A stretch of 64,000 nucleotides of DNA from positions 62,001 to 126,000 of IMG/VR virus record IMGVR_UViG_3300010885_025649; one strand, 5' to 3'. Positions 54,685 through 63,468 of the stretch are shown piece after piece. How positions within the stretch are numbered: position 1 is the first letter of the stretch; the number at the start of each line of letters is the position of its first letter. The notes beneath the pieces are model-generated. The model did no database searches and was not told the origin of the DNA. It saw nothing but the letters and a program-made list of their open reading frames with translations. Both the position numbers and the translations under genes were made by a program.

Positions 54685-54972
54685 TTAACTATCCACTTCA
54701 TCTACATAGAATTCCTTCACAAACGCCATAATATCAGCAGCCGCTTCGATATTACCTGAAGCAACTAATTTAACTGCAGCCTCAGTCAATTTAAGTATTG
54801 CTGGTATAAATAAATTATAGCGTTTAGCAATAAGTCTTGTGATTGCTATTTCTTTATCAAGAGTACATTTAGAAGCAGCTCCGGTAACAACTTCTAAATT
54901 AATTAAGAGGCCATTACCATCATTTAACTGTGTACCATTCGCTGTTAAGGTATCATGAAAAAGAGAACTCAT
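54685..54972 (-). CDS. Hypothetical protein
   Basis: Start MSSLFHD at 54972 (GGAG RBS); the ORF-track extension crosses tRNAs. Confidence 0.5.
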   Translation of the reverse strand: MSSLFHDTLTANGTQLNDGNGLLINLEVVTGAASKCTLDKEIAITRLIAKRYNLFIPAILKLTEAAVKLVASGNIEAAADIMAFVKEFYVDEVDS

Positions 54973-55000
54973 CTTAAGCTCCAGATTGTGTGTTTGAAAG

Positions 55001-55074
55001 GGCGGTTGAAAGGAGTCGAACCTATACACCCCCTGTGCTATATACAGGTGCTCTACCACTGAGCTACAACCGCC
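55001..55074 (-). tRNA. His-type tRNA body with non-His anticodon loop (ATATAGC)
   Basis: G-1 GCGGTTG/CAACCGC C73; CCTGT/ACAGG stem intact. Confidence 0.7.
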
Positions 55075-55091
55075 ATGAATTAAACTAAAAG

Positions 55092-55164
55092 GGTGACATG
55101 AAAGGAATCGAACCAATATCTCCCGCGGATCATGCGGACGCACTACCTTTGTGCTACAGTCACC
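55092..55164 (-). tRNA. His-type tRNA-like gene with loop ATGATCC
   Basis: GGTGAC…GTCAC-C; D-stem GCAC/GTGC; TCCGC/GCGGG; imperfect T-stem. Confidence 0.55.
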
Positions 55165-55208
55165 ATGACTTTAACTAAACGTATCTCTCCTTGTTGTGAA
55201 TGTGTAAG

Positions 55209-55282
55209 GGTGTTTGGTGGGATTCGAACCCACGCCTCTCGCAAATCGGAAGCGAACGCTCTGCCGCTGAGCTACTAACACC
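55209..55282 (-). tRNA. His-type tRNA-like gene with 9-nt loop TTCCGATTT
   Basis: G-1 GTGTTAG/CAAACAC C73; intact D- and T-arms. Confidence 0.6.
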
Positions 55283-55453
55283 AAGATTTGGGGCGCGCCA
55301 TGAAAAGAAGAAACCGCTAAGTCCCAAGGTTGTAACCTAGCGGATGGAGCAAAAGCTTAACGTTTAAAACAGTCGTAAGGAGACTTATCAGTCTTTAAAT
55401 ATCCGGGAGGTCTATATCTAACTGTCACTTGCATTTAAATTCTCAATTAATAA

Positions 55454-55510
55454 CAGCCCCAACCGGATTTGAACCGGTGATCTCTCGCGTGACAGGCGAT
55501 CGCTTTAACC
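55454..55510 (-). pseudogene. tRNA-Asp(GTC) lacking 5' acceptor strand
   Basis: TCGC-CTGTCAC-GCGA, ACCGG-TTCAAAT-CCGGT, TGGGGCT-G73; the D-loop GGTTAA is the stop of ORF 55505-55699. Confidence 0.75.
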
Positions 55511-55699
55511 TACGCATTGTCTAATAACAATATCATCCGAATCTAATTCAACTACAATGCGATCTTGTAAGAAATCACAAGTAAGTGGAGTATATTCTTG
55601 TACAGTTATTCCCAATTCTTTACACAATTCTTTGGCATTAATCCAAGGTAACCCAATTAGATTAGGTAGCTTGATTGTATTATCATATTCATCAAACAT
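55505..55699 (-). CDS. Small protein, potato-inhibitor I/I78-like fold possible
   Basis: PNLIGL…AKE…T.DF..DRIVVELD..DIV pattern. Confidence 0.45.
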   Translation of the reverse strand: MFDEYDNTIKLPNLIGLPWINAKELCKELGITVQEYTPLTCDFLQDRIVVELDSDDIVIRQCVG

Positions 55700-55901
55700 A
55701 AGTTTCCCCGGTAATACTTTGTAGTAATTCTATTTCAGCTTGTGCAGTATAATTTGCACCGGCGCGTAATAAATGAACTTGCTTAGCTAATCCTGTAGAG
55801 ATATTTAATTCAGTAGCTATTTCTAAAATCCTAGCATCAATATCCTCTAATAAGAAATTAGGAATATCTACTGCAGGAATTCCTGGAGGTTTAAATAACA
55901 T
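55692..55901 (-). CDS. Small helical protein, paralog of 14555-14776
   Basis: EIATELNI…LLRAGANYTAQAEI aligns with QIAEELQI…YFRKSKHYSYAAEK. Confidence 0.5.
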   Translation of the reverse strand: MLFKPPGIPAVDIPNFLLEDIDARILEIATELNISTGLAKQVHLLRAGANYTAQAEIELLQSITGETYV

Positions 55902-56428
55902 TACAGTAAATCACTCAGATCTGTTAGTCTATAATCATCTAGATCAGTAGCTTCTTTATTCCACGGCTGATCCATCAGGTAAGCATAATGTCCATTCATA
56001 AGGAATACCCGAATGGTTTCTGGTTTATCATCCACAAATACATCAAAGTTATTTGCGAAGAGAACCTTATCATTACTATTCTTAACAGTAATTACAGGCG
56101 CATTTGCCTGAATATTAAAGATATCTAACCATTGTCTACTAATCTCACTGCTAATAGGACGGTGAGTAATAAACATAGTTACAGGTAATAAGTTAATCAG
56201 ATTAGGATCTACTAATGCTGGGGCTTGTAACCACAATTCAGGATTATCATTCAAAGCTTTCCAGATATCTTTAAATTTCGGAACTGTATCCATAAATCGC
56301 CAGCTATTAACTTCTTTACCTTTAGGAAAATGTGTATAGCCAAAATAAGTCTCAGCTATTTGAGCACACAAAGCATTCCAATCTACTACAACACCATCTA
56401 AATCTAAACCAATGCGATTAAACTTCAT
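55901..56428 (-). CDS. 5'(3')-deoxyribonucleotidase (HAD, NT5C-like)
   Basis: GLDLDGVVVD, ITHR, FVDDKP, PWN. Confidence 0.85.
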   Translation of the reverse strand: MKFNRIGLDLDGVVVDWNALCAQIAETYFGYTHFPKGKEVNSWRFMDTVPKFKDIWKALNDNPELWLQAPALVDPNLINLLPVTMFITHRPISSEISRQWLDIFNIQANAPVITVKNSNDKVLFANNFDVFVDDKPETIRVFLMNGHYAYLMDQPWNKEATDLDDYRLTDLSDLL

Positions 56429-56745
56429 GTTAATTCCAATAAGTAATAATGTGATTGATAACTTAAGACAATATATCCTAACTTACCTTCTTCCAATCTT
56501 TGATACAAACCCATTTGACTATTAAACATAGTAACTGAATCTGCTAATTTAACCCCATCTGTAAGTTCAATAACCACACAATAAGTTCCTGAAAACTTAT
56601 TATAAGGAATAGCTATATTACTTTGATGCTGTTGAAATCCTACTGAAGTTATATCATTAAGTAAGAAGAATCGTTTAATATTCTCAGGTAATACAGAAGC
56701 TTCAGTAATCTCTTTTACTTCTGGGAAATCTATAGTCAAAGCCAT
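56425..56745 (-). CDS. Hypothetical protein
   Basis: ORF tiles the operon. Confidence 0.45.
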   Translation of the reverse strand: MALTIDFPEVKEITEASVLPENIKRFFLLNDITSVGFQQHQSNIAIPYNKFSGTYCVVIELTDGVKLADSVTMFNSQMGLYQRLEEGKLGYIVLSYQSHYYLLELT

Positions 56746-56946
56746 TTATTTATCCTTACTAAAATCACTAACAGTTCGTTCAGTTATAATAATAAGCAGT
56801 AAGGTACTAACAAGATTAGCTAATTGAATAACACCAAAAGGTTGAAATAAAGAACTAACTAAACAGAACACATTTATAAGAGTTAATCCAGTAAAAGCTT
56901 GTGTAGGTAAATAAGACTTGAGAGCAGTAAGATATTTATTCATCAT
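56746..56946 (-). CDS. Small 2-TM protein, paralog of 56946-57158
   Basis: NKYL.ALK…LINV.CL shared between the two. Confidence 0.55.
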   Translation of the reverse strand: MMNKYLTALKSYLPTQAFTGLTLINVFCLVSSLFQPFGVIQLANLVSTLLLIIITERTVSDFSKDK

Positions 56947-57158
56947 TAGTAATCCCTAAAGAAATCATTAACACATTCTTCAGTTAAGAATGCAAGTAGT
57001 AATAGCGCAATAAAATTGTGCAAGCCGGGTATAATAAACAGACAACAAACATTTATCAGAATCAATAGCACACACCATTGAGTTTGTAGATCTACTTTAA
57101 GAGCTATGAGATATTTATTCGTTTGATTCATTTGATTCAATCTCCTTAAAGTAATCAT
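56946..57158 (-). CDS. Small 2-TM protein
   Basis: Hydrophobic; paralog of the previous gene. Confidence 0.55.
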   Translation of the reverse strand: MITLRRLNQMNQTNKYLIALKVDLQTQWCVLLILINVCCLFIIPGLHNFIALLLLAFLTEECVNDFFRDY

Positions 57159-57345
57159 AACAAAGTGCTAACAAACCCCACACCAAACTTGTAGACAAAA
57201 CCCAGCAGAAACTCAACAGGCCTACGAATTGATAACCCCAACTAATATACATAAGTATGTATACTAATAGATTAATCAGAAGAATAAACTGGGTAGTTAT
57301 ATCTTCAATTAACGCGGCGATGAAAAGCCAGAAGACCTTAGACAT
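57115..57345 (-). CDS. Small membrane protein
   Basis: Hydrophobic ORF. Confidence 0.5.
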   Translation of the reverse strand: MSKVFWLFIAALIEDITTQFILLINLLVYILMYISWGYQFVGLLSFCWVLSTSLVWGLLALCYDYFKEIESNESNE

Positions 57346-57358
57346 TTAATCCTTCTTG

Positions 57359-57589
57359 TTAATTAAACCTATACTGACAGTAATCATTTCCAATTTCAGT
57401 AATTAGACCACCAACAGCAATACCTAATATATTACCTATAGTAAGTGCTTGTGGAGTAAATACTGCTAGAAGTATACAACTGATTCCAGTACTTGTTAGA
57501 GAACCCAAAACCCAATCAGTAAGTACTTCTTCATCTTCATATGCTGTTTTAAGATAATCAACAAACAACTCTAATTCATTCGTCTTCAT
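57359..57589 (-). CDS. Small membrane protein
   Basis: Hydrophobic ORF. Confidence 0.5.
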   Translation of the reverse strand: MKTNELELFVDYLKTAYEDEEVLTDWVLGSLTSTGISCILLAVFTPQALTIGNILGIAVGGLITEIGNDYCQYRFN

Positions 57590-57830
57590 GTATATCTTCC
57601 TCTTCTTCGTAGCTGTAATAAATAGAAAGCACAGTAGCCATAGAAGTTACTAAGGTCATAACAGTACTAAATGTAAATACAAATAGTAATGCTAATAGAT
57701 TAGTCCCGCCATAGAATAAAGAATAAACACCAATATTTAATACACCAATACTTGCTATAAGTCCTAGCATAGGTTTATCTTGCCACAGTTCTGTAAAATA
57801 ACCTATTAGAAATGATTTAACCTCATCCAT
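57576..57830 (-). CDS. Small membrane protein
   Basis: Hydrophobic ORF, acidic tail. Confidence 0.5.
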   Translation of the reverse strand: MDEVKSFLIGYFTELWQDKPMLGLIASIGVLNIGVYSLFYGGTNLLALLFVFTFSTVMTLVTSMATVLSIYYSYEEEEDIHEDE

Positions 57831-57832
57831 GA

Positions 57833-58105
57833 TTAAGTTCCTTTAATCTTATATTGTTTACCTTTCTCATCTTCACTTGTTTCTTCTATTAAATGTTTCT
57901 CTACCAGATCTGCAATAAAACCTCTAATCTCCCATACATTTTTAGACTTAGTTAACTTCTTTAATTCCAATGCATTTGAGTTAGGATTATCTTGAATAGC
58001 ATTAAATACTAATTCACTAGTAGTAGATCCTACACGTTGTTTCTCTGTAGGATTAGTCCAAGTTCGCTTTGCCTGTAAGGGCGTTGATATTTTTGCTGTA
58101 ACCAT
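57833..58105 (-). CDS. Winged-helix-like small protein
   Basis: LVFNAIQDNPNSNALELKK…IADLVEKHLIEE. Confidence 0.45.
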   Translation of the reverse strand: MVTAKISTPLQAKRTWTNPTEKQRVGSTTSELVFNAIQDNPNSNALELKKLTKSKNVWEIRGFIADLVEKHLIEETSEDEKGKQYKIKGT

Positions 58106-58496
58106 ATACGTTATAATCCATAATAGTAAAAGCTAATTGTAATTTATCTTGAGCATAAACAACTACAGATACTGCAGTTGTTTCATCAATATTATAATAA
58201 CCTAATAAACTCTTAACACCTTTAGCAGCTCGTAAAACAGGATTCTTCTTAATAGATAGATCAAGAATAATCTGTTTATCAATCTTAGAGAGTTCTATTT
58301 GATAATAAAACTCTAATGGAAGTTGTTCAATACTTTCTACTTGAGTAGCATCATCCACACAAATGGCTATATAAGTAGCCTTTGGTTGTGTATGACTAAA
58401 CCTAAGCTGTTTAATCCGAGGGAGCTGCATAAGCTTATACGACTCCCCGTATTGCTCCAAGTACCATTGAGCCAAAGCCAATTGATTGTCCATCAA
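58053..58496 (-). CDS. Hypothetical protein
   Basis: GGAGG RBS. Confidence 0.5.
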   Translation of the reverse strand: MMDNQLALAQWYLEQYGESYKLMQLPRIKQLRFSHTQPKATYIAICVDDATQVESIEQLPLEFYYQIELSKIDKQIILDLSIKKNPVLRAAKGVKSLLGYYNIDETTAVSVVVYAQDKLQLAFTIMDYNVYGYSKNINALTGKANLD

Positions 58497-58507
58497 GCCT
58501 CCTTTGT

Positions 58508-58717
58508 TTAGTCACACAGATCACAACCATAACCCAGTAGTTCTGCAATAGATATATCAGGAGCAACTCCACAAGTCTGCTCAATAATAAGATTGAGATC
58601 ATCTTGTAAGTTAGCAAATAAGGTTGGCACTAGAGATGGAGGTAGCTCTAAATATTGTTTAGGATTTCCAAGATTAGCAGCATCATTATAAAGGCAATCA
58701 GTGTTGCGTGGATTCAT
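58508..58717 (-). CDS. Hypothetical protein
   Basis: AAGGAG RBS. Confidence 0.45.
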   Translation of the reverse strand: MNPRNTDCLYNDAANLGNPKQYLELPPSLVPTLFANLQDDLNLIIEQTCGVAPDISIAELLGYGCDLCD

Positions 58718-58890
58718 GAAAGTTCTCCTTGATTAGTTGAACAGAACGGTTAAACAATGAACTCAAGCAGTCTTCTGAGCCGGAGAGCTACTAGAAGACC
58801 ACTTGAGACCGAAACAATAAGTGCAACATGACCTTTCCTCCATTCCGATTTCTGTGTTATACTTAAATCATATTTGTTTAAAGGATCATA

Positions 58891-59370
58891 ATGCTTTCAC
58901 CAGTATATAAAGTTACTATTAATACTCCCGGGTTATCTAAAGTAACCGGAGCTATTAGATTTACCTTTGCCGATGGCGATACTTCTACCGGAGTTAATTT
59001 AGTTATTGTTAGTAGTGTTTCTTGTAATACTCTTCCTACATTAGATGGTAATGTTACTAAGACTGCTACCAATACTTATAAACTTAATGATGATAACCGT
59101 TTAGGTAATTTCGCTAACCTAACTTTCCCGGTTACATTTACAGATAAGCTTACATTTAGTTTCCAATTTAGTTATAGCGGGCCGTTTAATTCTAATGCTA
59201 CTCCTGATGGCTTCCAAGTAGCTTTACTTAATTCTATGGGTGCTGAAATTGGTACCACAGATCCATCTGGTTCTGGTCTACTAGTTTCTGTTCCTATTAG
59301 TTCTAACAAACCTACTATTGAATTATATAAAGGAAGTCTATATAACTTCTATGCTCAGATTAGTCAATAA
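58891..59370 (+). CDS. Beta-sandwich protein resembling cyanobacterial PEP-CTERM-associated surface domains (no sorting signal); moron
   Basis: FTFADGD…FSFQF…TPDGFQVALL pattern; opposite strand, own TGTTATACT promoter and downstream hairpin. Confidence 0.45.
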   Translation: MLSPVYKVTINTPGLSKVTGAIRFTFADGDTSTGVNLVIVSSVSCNTLPTLDGNVTKTATNTYKLNDDNRLGNFANLTFPVTFTDKLTFSFQFSYSGPFNSNATPDGFQVALLNSMGAEIGTTDPSGSGLLVSVPISSNKPTIELYKGSLYNFYAQISQ

Positions 59371-59436
59371 TTCTTTTAAGTTTATACCTCTTAAAATAGT
59401 AGCCGAGAATTAAATCCCGGCTACTTTCTTTATGTA

Positions 59437-60870
59437 TTAGTCTTTGCGGCTACGAATATCTTCTAGATACCAGTTCTTATATAACAGGCCATCTTGGAAG
59501 ACTACTTGCAGTTCGCCTAACTGTTCTTCTTCTGGAGATACATCATCTACAGTTACATACCCGGCATTAACAGTCTTTACTACTTGGATTAATCCTTTGT
59601 AAGACTTCTTAGAATGATCTGTAGCAGGGTCTTTCTGTAAAGATACTATTTCACCCTTGATAATGGCAAAAGATGCCTTAGAGGCCCAGCCAGCATCATC
59701 TCGGGAATGATTCTGAACTAACAGACCACCAACACCTACAACAAGATTAGAACTAGCATAACCCATACGTTCCATACGAGCCAAGATAGTTTCATACCTA
59801 CCTAAGAACATCCCATCACCATAGATGAGACCAATCTTAGGATTAAGTACTTTATAACCTTTGCTGTTTAAGGTACTACCAAAGAGTTCATCCAGAAGTA
59901 CCAGAGAACCTTTGTATTCAGGACTACCTATAGGAGCATTAGGATCACCACAGATAATAGTCTCAGGATCTCCAGAATCAGGGCGCACAACATACTTACC
60001 ATCTCGGGCTAAGATGCGCTCTTTAACCCGGGGTAATAACTGTGTGAGGGTGCGGTAGTAATCATACGTGTCAGATACTACAGATAAAACTCCTGTAGGA
60101 TATTTATCTAACATGGCATTCATGTATGCCAACTCATTGAGTACAGAATCTTCAGTAGGCTTATAGCTACAAGCCACAGAGTGTTCAGTAGCCGGTACAG
60201 AACCTCCAATAAGAGTATTCGGATTACAAGTAGGATAATAAGTCTGCAGAAACTTAATAGCAGGTAAAGTATCAGTACCTTGGAACTTAATTAAGTGAGC
60301 AGCCCCACCACGCGCAGCAGATTCCTCAGAACTTACACTGCGATAACTAAAATCATGCACAGCCCAAGGCATATGCAGATCATTATCACAAGTAACATCA
60401 GAGAAGTGTTTAGCTACACGATAATACTGAGCACTATAACTAGCAACAGTCGAACTAAACCACACCTTAAGCAAGAGAGATTCTAAGAAGGTTACCGTCC
60501 AAGCAAACTCCGGAAGCGTGTTAGTAATAGTCATACAAGCAGTACCTTTACCAACCACAGCCCCTTCAGGTAGCGCTTTAATCTTTAAAGGCCAGTAACC
60601 TAAATTACCCAATGCTTCCATTTGTTTAATAGTAGTTTCAGGCAGGGGACCTAAAGCTCCAGTAACTAAATCCAGGTATTCCCGAACCATGGCTTTAGTA
60701 ATAGGCTTACATAGATATTCTTTGAGCAATGCTTGTAAGCCAAACCAAACTATTTGATTGTCATAAGCAGCTTTACGCGGGGCGAAATAACTATAGAGTT
60801 GTGTAAGACCATCTGGATATTGGTTACCATGTCCAACTTTATATGCGTCAATTCTATAGAGAGTATTCAT
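59437..60870 (-). CDS. Nicotinamide phosphoribosyltransferase-like (NAMPT/Namat)
   Basis: IDAYKVGH..QYP, VHDFSYR, GTDT, VPATEHSV, SVVSDTYD, VVRPDSGDP, LIYGDG, KDP.TD..KKS.KG. Confidence 0.92.
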   Translation of the reverse strand: MNTLYRIDAYKVGHGNQYPDGLTQLYSYFAPRKAAYDNQIVWFGLQALLKEYLCKPITKAMVREYLDLVTGALGPLPETTIKQMEALGNLGYWPLKIKALPEGAVVGKGTACMTITNTLPEFAWTVTFLESLLLKVWFSSTVASYSAQYYRVAKHFSDVTCDNDLHMPWAVHDFSYRSVSSEESAARGGAAHLIKFQGTDTLPAIKFLQTYYPTCNPNTLIGGSVPATEHSVACSYKPTEDSVLNELAYMNAMLDKYPTGVLSVVSDTYDYYRTLTQLLPRVKERILARDGKYVVRPDSGDPETIICGDPNAPIGSPEYKGSLVLLDELFGSTLNSKGYKVLNPKIGLIYGDGMFLGRYETILARMERMGYASSNLVVGVGGLLVQNHSRDDAGWASKASFAIIKGEIVSLQKDPATDHSKKSYKGLIQVVKTVNAGYVTVDDVSPEEEQLGELQVVFQDGLLYKNWYLEDIRSRKD

Positions 60871-61757
60871 GAAATTACCTCAATAACGTTTGTAGTAATA
60901 AACTTCCGCCAATCCAATAAAACAACAAAATCAGAAACATCTTTAACAAATTCAGGAGTACAGAAAGTATCTGTAACATAAATACTATTAAGATGTGTTT
61001 GTAGTTCTGTAAATCCTTTAGAGAAGATACCATGAGTACAAATCAAGGATACTTCTAAAGCACCAGCTTGACGTAACTCTTTAGCTAATTCTATAAAGGT
61101 TCTACCACCATCAATAATATCATCTACAATCACACAGTATTTACCTTCCACATTACCATTATTAATAGTAACTTTATCTACCCGCCCGCCATTAGGATTT
61201 CTTACTTTACTACAAGCAATAAAATCCTTAGACATGTTAGGATATTTCTGTGTAACAGCAGTCATTAATGAAGGGAACTTCTTAGAAGCACCTGCATCAG
61301 GACATACCAGAACAACATCTTCTTGTACTTCAGTAAAATCATCTAAAGCTTCTAATACTAAGCCATGATTATTAACAACTTTTAGTTTATTAATAACTGC
61401 ACGACTTACATCAGAATGTGGATCAATAGTGTAAATCTTCCTGAAATTACACATGTTTAATAATTGTGCAAAGACTCTTAGAGAATCGGATTCCCCCTCA
61501 CTACAGATTCTATCTTGTCTACCATAAGGAATATAACCTAAGAAATATTCCTTACGCATTTCATCTCCATAGAATTCATCAATGGCATTACTCAGAAGTA
61601 ATAATTCCATGACATCATTACTATTACGAAGTGGTAAATCAATATAGATAATATTCTTATTATCTTTAATCTGTTTACATTTAGTTAACTTAACATAGCG
61701 TTCACCTCCACCAAATTGGGAAGAGGCAAAGCATTTCTTATTAATTAATATTGACAT
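60867..61757 (-). CDS. Ribose-phosphate pyrophosphokinase-like (Prs/Adps)
   Basis: FGGGE, YIPYGRQDR, DPHS, PDAGA, VDDIIDGGRTF, THGIFSKG. Confidence 0.9.
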   Translation of the reverse strand: MSILINKKCFASSQFGGGERYVKLTKCKQIKDNKNIIYIDLPLRNSNDVMELLLLSNAIDEFYGDEMRKEYFLGYIPYGRQDRICSEGESDSLRVFAQLLNMCNFRKIYTIDPHSDVSRAVINKLKVVNNHGLVLEALDDFTEVQEDVVLVCPDAGASKKFPSLMTAVTQKYPNMSKDFIACSKVRNPNGGRVDKVTINNGNVEGKYCVIVDDIIDGGRTFIELAKELRQAGALEVSLICTHGIFSKGFTELQTHLNSIYVTDTFCTPEFVKDVSDFVVLLDWRKFITTNVIEVIS

Positions 61758-61761
61758 TTGT

Positions 61762-61950
61762 TCAGCTCAAGATAAATTCTTCATTATCGATTAATTCAAG
61801 CACATCATATTCAGTTGGGGTTTCAGCAGTGACCAAACTATAAATATGTAAGATATTATAGATCTCATCTTCATACCCGGTATCATCCGATGTAATAACA
61901 GCTTCACAAGCACGGCGGATTAATTCCAAAGCTTTAGTTTGACTATCCAT
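61762..61950 (-). CDS. Hypothetical protein
   Basis: ORF. Confidence 0.4.
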   Translation of the reverse strand: MDSQTKALELIRRACEAVITSDDTGYEDEIYNILHIYSLVTAETPTEYDVLELIDNEEFILS

Positions 61951-62122
61951 TATAGTTCTACCTTAGGAGAATATAGTTGTTCTTGCTGTAGTTTACTTTT
62001 AAGAGCGGCCAAATCATCTTCCAATTCACAAGTTAATGAACTTACATAACCAGCATCAAGATCACTACGATTTTGTAACTGTACTATATCATTTTCAAGC
62101 TTTGCAATCTGATCTATAAGTG

Positions 62123-62596
62123 TCATACTTCCTCTTGATTTGCTAGTAATAACATAGGATGCATTGGTGGGCCGGGTTTACGCATTAATTTCATTCCGGA
62201 TTCTTCTGGAGTTTTATCTGCTTTAAAATTATTACAGGATTTACAAGCAGTAACTACATTATCCCACACATTTCTTCCCCCTCTAGAGGTAGGAATAACG
62301 TGATCAATTGTTAAATACTTCTTATCTCCGCAGTACTGGCAAGTATCTTCATCCCGTTTTATAACCGCTTTGCGGGTAACCTTCGGGATCTTCCATTGCC
62401 GCTCCATATTACTACTAATAAGTCTTAATCTATTAGGAATGAAATAGGTATAGTTATAACCTCTAACAGTAATTCCTTCAGTAGTACCAGGATTTAATGC
62501 TACAACTTTATTTGAATACAATAACATTAAAGCCCTGCGCCACGAAAGCTTACCTAAAGGTAAATAAGTGGCACTATATAAAAATACAGTGTCCAT
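62123..62596 (-). CDS. HNH endonuclease (McrA/HNH_5 type)
   Basis: CQYCG…LTIDHVIPTSRGG…WDNVVTACKSCNNFKADKTP. Confidence 0.9.
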   Translation of the reverse strand: MDTVFLYSATYLPLGKLSWRRALMLLYSNKVVALNPGTTEGITVRGYNYTYFIPNRLRLISSNMERQWKIPKVTRKAVIKRDEDTCQYCGDKKYLTIDHVIPTSRGGRNVWDNVVTACKSCNNFKADKTPEESGMKLMRKPGPPMHPMLLLANQEEV

Positions 62597-62597
62597 T

Positions 62598-62813
62598 TTA
62601 CACCTTTCTTTCAATTCCCAAAAGTTGTTTTAATTGAACTTCTACTTCAACATCAAGTAAATCTGCTACCATTTTCTCAATGCCGCCATAGACTCTACGA
62701 ACTCTATCATATTCTACATATTCATCTTTCTTAAATAACTGAATTACACTAGTAGTAAACATAATATAAGTTACTAATGCTTTTACCTGCCCGGGTGTTA
62801 ATTTTACTTCCAT
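62598..62813 (-). CDS. Hypothetical protein
   Basis: ORF. Confidence 0.45.
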   Translation of the reverse strand: MEVKLTPGQVKALVTYIMFTTSVIQLFKKDEYVEYDRVRRVYGGIEKMVADLLDVEVEVQLKQLLGIERKV

Positions 62814-62844
62814 TTATATTTTACCTATGTACCGTCATCTAAAC

Positions 62845-62880
62845 TTGACATCCTTCCCCTCCCTAAAGAAAGGGGATTCC
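62845..62880 (-). mobile_element. Solo IS200/IS605 right-end hairpin
   Basis: GGAATCCCCTTTCTTTAGGGAGGGGAAGGATGTCAA resembles the TnpB1 end GAATCCCCGCACCTTTAGGTCGGGGAGTGTCAA. Confidence 0.65.
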
Positions 62881-62898
62881 ACAATGTGAACTGTGCTA

Positions 62899-63468
62899 TT
62901 AACTAGGCCACACCGTACTAATAAGCTCTTCTTCACTAATAGGAAAATAATTATTAACATCTACTCCCACATTAAACATAGGAATATTCTTATAGTATTT
63001 TAATCGCCATGCACTATGCACATGTCCATGGATTAGAATATCCTCTTCTCCTCTGACGGCAGCAAAGTGAGGATACCTCATATCATCATAAGGTACATGT
63101 GTTACAAATGCTCGTTTACCATTAGCTAAAACCAAGGATTTAGACAAGGCGACTTTAGTAAAGCCAATGTCTAAATACTGTTGTACTGTAGCAGTTTTAT
63201 CCTTGAACTTAAAGGCGGGATGACAACTATCATGGTTACCCATATATAATTGTTTATTACCTTTTAGTTTGGGTAATACTGCGGCGGCATATCTAAATTG
63301 TAAGGTGAAATCCCCTACAAAATATACCGTATCATCATCACTAATTACACTGTTGTAATTAGCTATTAAACCCGTTGTCATTTCATCAACATCTCGCCAA
63401 GGTCTAGTCTCATAGGTGATGATGTTCTTGTGACCAAAATGTTGATCACTTGTAAAATAAAGTCCCAT
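62899..63468 (-). CDS. Calcineurin-like phosphoesterase
   Basis: FTSDQHFGH, VGDF, GNHD, THVP, IHGHVH, NVGVD. Confidence 0.88.
   Translation of the reverse strand: MGLYFTSDQHFGHKNIITYETRPWRDVDEMTTGLIANYNSVISDDDTVYFVGDFTLQFRYAAAVLPKLKGNKQLYMGNHDSCHPAFKFKDKTATVQQYLDIGFTKVALSKSLVLANGKRAFVTHVPYDDMRYPHFAAVRGEEDILIHGHVHSAWRLKYYKNIPMFNVGVDVNNYFPISEEELISTVWPS

Noticed and set aside
55340-55420. Hammerhead ribozyme (CTGATAAG motif)
   Set aside because: No correctly placed GAAA or stem III; the core CUGAUGA is not matched.
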